The notes under the pieces are model-generated. The model saw nothing but the letters and a program-made list of their open reading frames with translations, was not told the origin of the DNA and made no database searches. From Planctomycetota bacterium (lineage in GTDB: Bacteria > Planctomycetota > UBA8108), in the NCBI GenBank assembly GCA_965659285.1, contig CBFHWB010000001.1, positions 1,797 through 65,796 on the forward strand: a DNA stretch of 64,000 nt, given 5' to 3'. The translations under genes and the position numbers were made by a program. Shown here in pieces: positions 61,481-64,000 of the stretch (positions are counted from its first letter, which is position 1; each line of letters starts with the position of its first letter).

Positions 61481-63289
61481 TCACAAATCGTCCTTATTGG
61501 CGTTGGAGATGAATCCATTGACGACATAGAGATCCTCCAGGCCGTCACCCTCGACATCCAGGAACTGGCCCGACCAGGACCAGCGCCCGAAGAAGGTTCC
61601 AGACCTCAGGCTGACGTCCTCGAAACGGCCATTGCCGAGATTTCTGAAAAGTGAATTCCCCCTCGACATCCTGCGATAGATCTCCCGCAGGCGTTCCTGC
61701 TCAAAGCGCGGCTGCCCGGCGATCCTGCCGCCGGCGGAGGACCACATGTTGCCGACATAGAGATCCATCAGGCCATCGTTGTCAACATCCTCCCAGGTGA
61801 CGCTCATGCCGTTGCCTACATCATCCACACCGAGCTCCTCCGCGACATCCTTGAACCTCCCCCCGCCTTCATTGCGATAGAGGTTGTTGCGGCCGAAATC
61901 GTTCGCGACGTAGAGATCGGGATCGCCATCCGCGTCGTAGTCGCACCACGATGCGCCCAGGCTGAAGCGCCTGTTGTTCACTCCCATACCGGCTGGACCG
62001 GTGAATTCCCTGAAACGCAGCTTCCCCTCGTTACGGAAGAGAAAATTCGGCGCCCCGTTGTTGGCATCGTGATAGGGATAGGGATAGGTCGACTGGAGCT
62101 TTGAGCCGGCCCCGGCCCAGAAAACATAGCTGAAGACGTAGAGGTCCAGGTCTCCATCCAGGTCAACATCTGCCGCCGCGCAGCCGAGCGTCGATGCGCT
62201 CTCCCTGCTGGCGACCTCCAGGCCGCTCGATTCAACCCTGCTGAACCTGCCCTTGCCGTCATTTTCGAACAGGAGAGCCTCGGTCGAGGTTACAGCCACC
62301 AGGTCAGAATCACCATCGTTGTCAAGGTCGACAAAGAGCGTGCCGCTGGTGACGTCGAGAATGTCCACCCCGGCGGCTTTGGCTGCATCGGCGAACCTGC
62401 CGTTGCCGAGATTGCGGTACAGCCGGTTCGGAAGACCCGCTGGCTGGGGAACGTAGAAATCCAGCCAGCCGTCCCCATCGTAGTCCCCAATGGAAACTCC
62501 CTGGTGACCGTAGACATCCATGCCGCTGGATGCATCGATCCTCGTTCGCCAATAGCCAACACCGCGGCTCAGCTGGGCCCGGAAGGCGCGATCCCCTCCA
62601 AGGCAATCGAGGGTGGCATCGGTGAAAGCTCTGGTCGGCGACCTGGCCCTCTCAATCTCGATGCGGTTGATCGAACGGAACCCCTGGCCATGGGACCACT
62701 CCACCCTCCAGACGGTCCTGAGCTGCAGAAAACTCCCGTCCTCACCTGTTCCATCCATCTCAAGCAGGGAGTCGGCAAGCAGCGCGCCCTTGCCGCCGGG
62801 CGCCTCCGTTGCCCTGAAAATTTTGAAGGATGCCTTCGAGACCTTACCGCAGAGAGCGCTCAGCTCAGCAAGCTGGCGACCCAGGCTTCGCGGCGCGGTC
62901 GACTCCGGCTTTCCAGCAGAGGAAGAACTCCAGGAGCGCCAGTCTCCCGCACCACCAACGGTTTCCTTCCAGGTCTTCGGCACCAGGCCTCCCGAACGGA
63001 ATCCCCCGGCCAGGAGCTTCCCCAATCCTTCGATGTCCGGCTTACCGATGACCAGCCAGGCCGAGAGCTTATCTAAAGGGATCTTGAGCTGGTCACTGGC
63101 ACGCTCAACCGACCAGTCATCCATGGCGCTGTCCACCTTCTCAAAAACCCAGTCAAGGGGTCCCTCACCGCCGCCCGCGCGTACAGGTACGTCAAGACGG
63201 TACACCTCATCCCCTGGAGGCGGCTCCTGGCAGGAAAGCGCGGGGTGAAGAAAGATGAAAAAGGCGGAGAGAACGTTAAAACGGATCAT
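61481..63289 (-). CDS. N-terminal portion (signal peptide plus FG-GAP/VCBS repeats) of the same CRTAC1-like protein, ending at TGA
   Basis: Signal peptide MIRFNVLSAFFIFLHPALSC. Repeated DxDGDGxxDL motifs (DYDGDGWLDFYV, DLDNDGDSDLVAV, DVDLDGDLDLYV, DYDADGDPDLYV). Same frame as 59432-61459 with 7 sense codons between. Confidence 0.6.
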   Translation of the reverse strand: MIRFNVLSAFFIFLHPALSCQEPPPGDEVYRLDVPVRAGGGEGPLDWVFEKVDSAMDDWSVERASDQLKIPLDKLSAWLVIGKPDIEGLGKLLAGGFRSGGLVPKTWKETVGGAGDWRSWSSSSAGKPESTAPRSLGRQLAELSALCGKVSKASFKIFRATEAPGGKGALLADSLLEMDGTGEDGSFLQLRTVWRVEWSHGQGFRSINRIEIERARSPTRAFTDATLDCLGGDRAFRAQLSRGVGYWRTRIDASSGMDVYGHQGVSIGDYDGDGWLDFYVPQPAGLPNRLYRNLGNGRFADAAKAAGVDILDVTSGTLFVDLDNDGDSDLVAVTSTEALLFENDGKGRFSRVESSGLEVASRESASTLGCAAADVDLDGDLDLYVFSYVFWAGAGSKLQSTYPYPYHDANNGAPNFLFRNEGKLRFREFTGPAGMGVNNRRFSLGASWCDYDADGDPDLYVANDFGRNNLYRNEGGGRFKDVAEELGVDDVGNGMSVTWEDVDNDGLMDLYVGNMWSSAGGRIAGQPRFEQERLREIYRRMSRGNSLFRNLGNGRFEDVSLRSGTFFGRWSWSGQFLDVEGDGLEDLYVVNGFISNANKDDL

Positions 63290-63368
63290 GACTGCCTATT
63301 AGAAACAGGCGGATCATGGTGAAGAAAGAAGTAATCTCCTGAAATCAACACCCGGGAGGCCTCGCCGC

Positions 63369-64000
63369 TCAACGCGAGGCTTCGCTCACAACTCTCCCCT
63401 CGATGATGGTTCCGACGCAATGCGTTGTGTATTCGAAAGGATCCCCATCAAAGAGGGCGAGATCACCGTCCTTCCCGACAGCCAGGGAGCCGACCCGGTC
63501 GGAGATACCGAGGATCCCGGCGGCGGAGGAGGTGATCAATTCGAGGGCGCCCTCAAAGCCGAGCCCGTTTGCCGCGGCCACAGCGGCCTCGAACAGGACG
63601 ACCCGGGTTTTCGGAACGTAGCTCTCGTACCCGCTCTGCATCGCCACCTTCAACCCGGCCTTCTTCAGGCGTGCGGCCGTCTCGAAACTCGCGTTCTGAA
63701 GAGCGCCGTTGAAGCGAGCCATCGAGGGGTGAATGATCACCGGAATGTCGGCCTTCTTCAGCTCATCGATCAGCAGGTAGGCCTCGGCTCCTCCATCGAG
63801 AATCATTCGAAAATCAAACTCCTTCTTCAGACGAAGGGCGGTCGCGATATCCTGGGCGCGATGAGCGGTAATCAGCAGCGGCACCTCCTTGCGCAGAACC
63901 GAGGCCAGGGCCGCCAACCCCAGGTTCACCGGAGGCGTATTCTTCTCTTCCTCCCCGGCCTTCGCCGGTTTCTTCTCCCGCGGCTCCAGGCTCTCCAGGT
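63369..64000 (-). CDS. Amidohydrolase-family protein, 3-prime part. The gene continues beyond the window edge
   Basis: C-terminal amidohydrolase blocks (ITAHRAQDI, VIIHPSMA, GDPFEYTTHCVGTIIEGRVV). The reading frame is open to position 64000. Confidence 0.55.
   Translation of the reverse strand, partial: LESLEPREKKPAKAGEEEKNTPPVNLGLAALASVLRKEVPLLITAHRAQDIATALRLKKEFDFRMILDGGAEAYLLIDELKKADIPVIIHPSMARFNGALQNASFETAARLKKAGLKVAMQSGYESYVPKTRVVLFEAAVAAANGLGFEGALELITSSAAGILGISDRVGSLAVGKDGDLALFDGDPFEYTTHCVGTIIEGRVVSEASR

Overview
This 64 kb window is a high-GC (roughly 60-65%) bacterial chromosomal segment, densely coding and mostly on the minus strand. I saw no rRNA, tRNA, CRISPR array, transposase or integrase. 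The largest unit, about 4.0-23.0 kb on the minus strand, is a respiratory mega-locus. In transcription order it encodes a HEAT-repeat membrane protein, a Tat-type Rieske protein, a split b6-type cytochrome b (b6-like part then subunit-IV-like part), a 1695-aa octaheme c-type cytochrome, protoporphyrinogen oxidase, a lipoprotein with a cupredoxin-like Cys/His/Met motif, an aa3-type oxidase (CoxB, CoxA), heme A synthase, heme O synthase, CoxC, SCO1, DUF420 and a polytopic membrane protein. A second bc-type module lies at 25.5-28.8 kb: a Rieske protein and a full-length cytochrome b fused to a tetraheme c domain. Two secreted proteins carry C-terminal dockerin-type calcium-binding repeats. One of them (72-2966) is in frame with an upstream pentaheme cytochrome c across a single TAG. 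The other (29167-31386) is interrupted by a single in-frame TAG. A third secreted FG-GAP/ASPIC-UnbV protein (59432-63289) is interrupted by an in-frame TGA. Other content: a VWA protein, a class-I aminotransferase, an enolase-superfamily dehydratase (L-fuconate-dehydratase-like), a GldG-type ABC transporter cluster (ABC ATPase, ABC-2 permease, GldG-like, DUF4340) next to rpoN, lnt, murJ, rpsU and a trpEGDCF operon. The trp operon is preceded by a classical leader-peptide attenuator with a Trp-Trp leader, which is visible in the sequence. There is also a 1886-aa tandem-duplicated UvrA-like protein, a LOG-family protein, a CPBP protease, a HIT protein and a Tat-signal DUF1501 protein. An AT-rich intergenic island (about 33.97-34.48 kb) carries a near-consensus sigma70 promoter and an intrinsic terminator around a candidate structured small RNA. 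DUF1501, dockerins and split cyt b with multiheme c suggest a PVC/Planctomycetota-like organism, but that is a low-confidence inference. Coordinates are from the ORF track and may be off by one base; probable true starts are noted where an internal ATG, GTG or TTG with a ribosome-binding site fits better.
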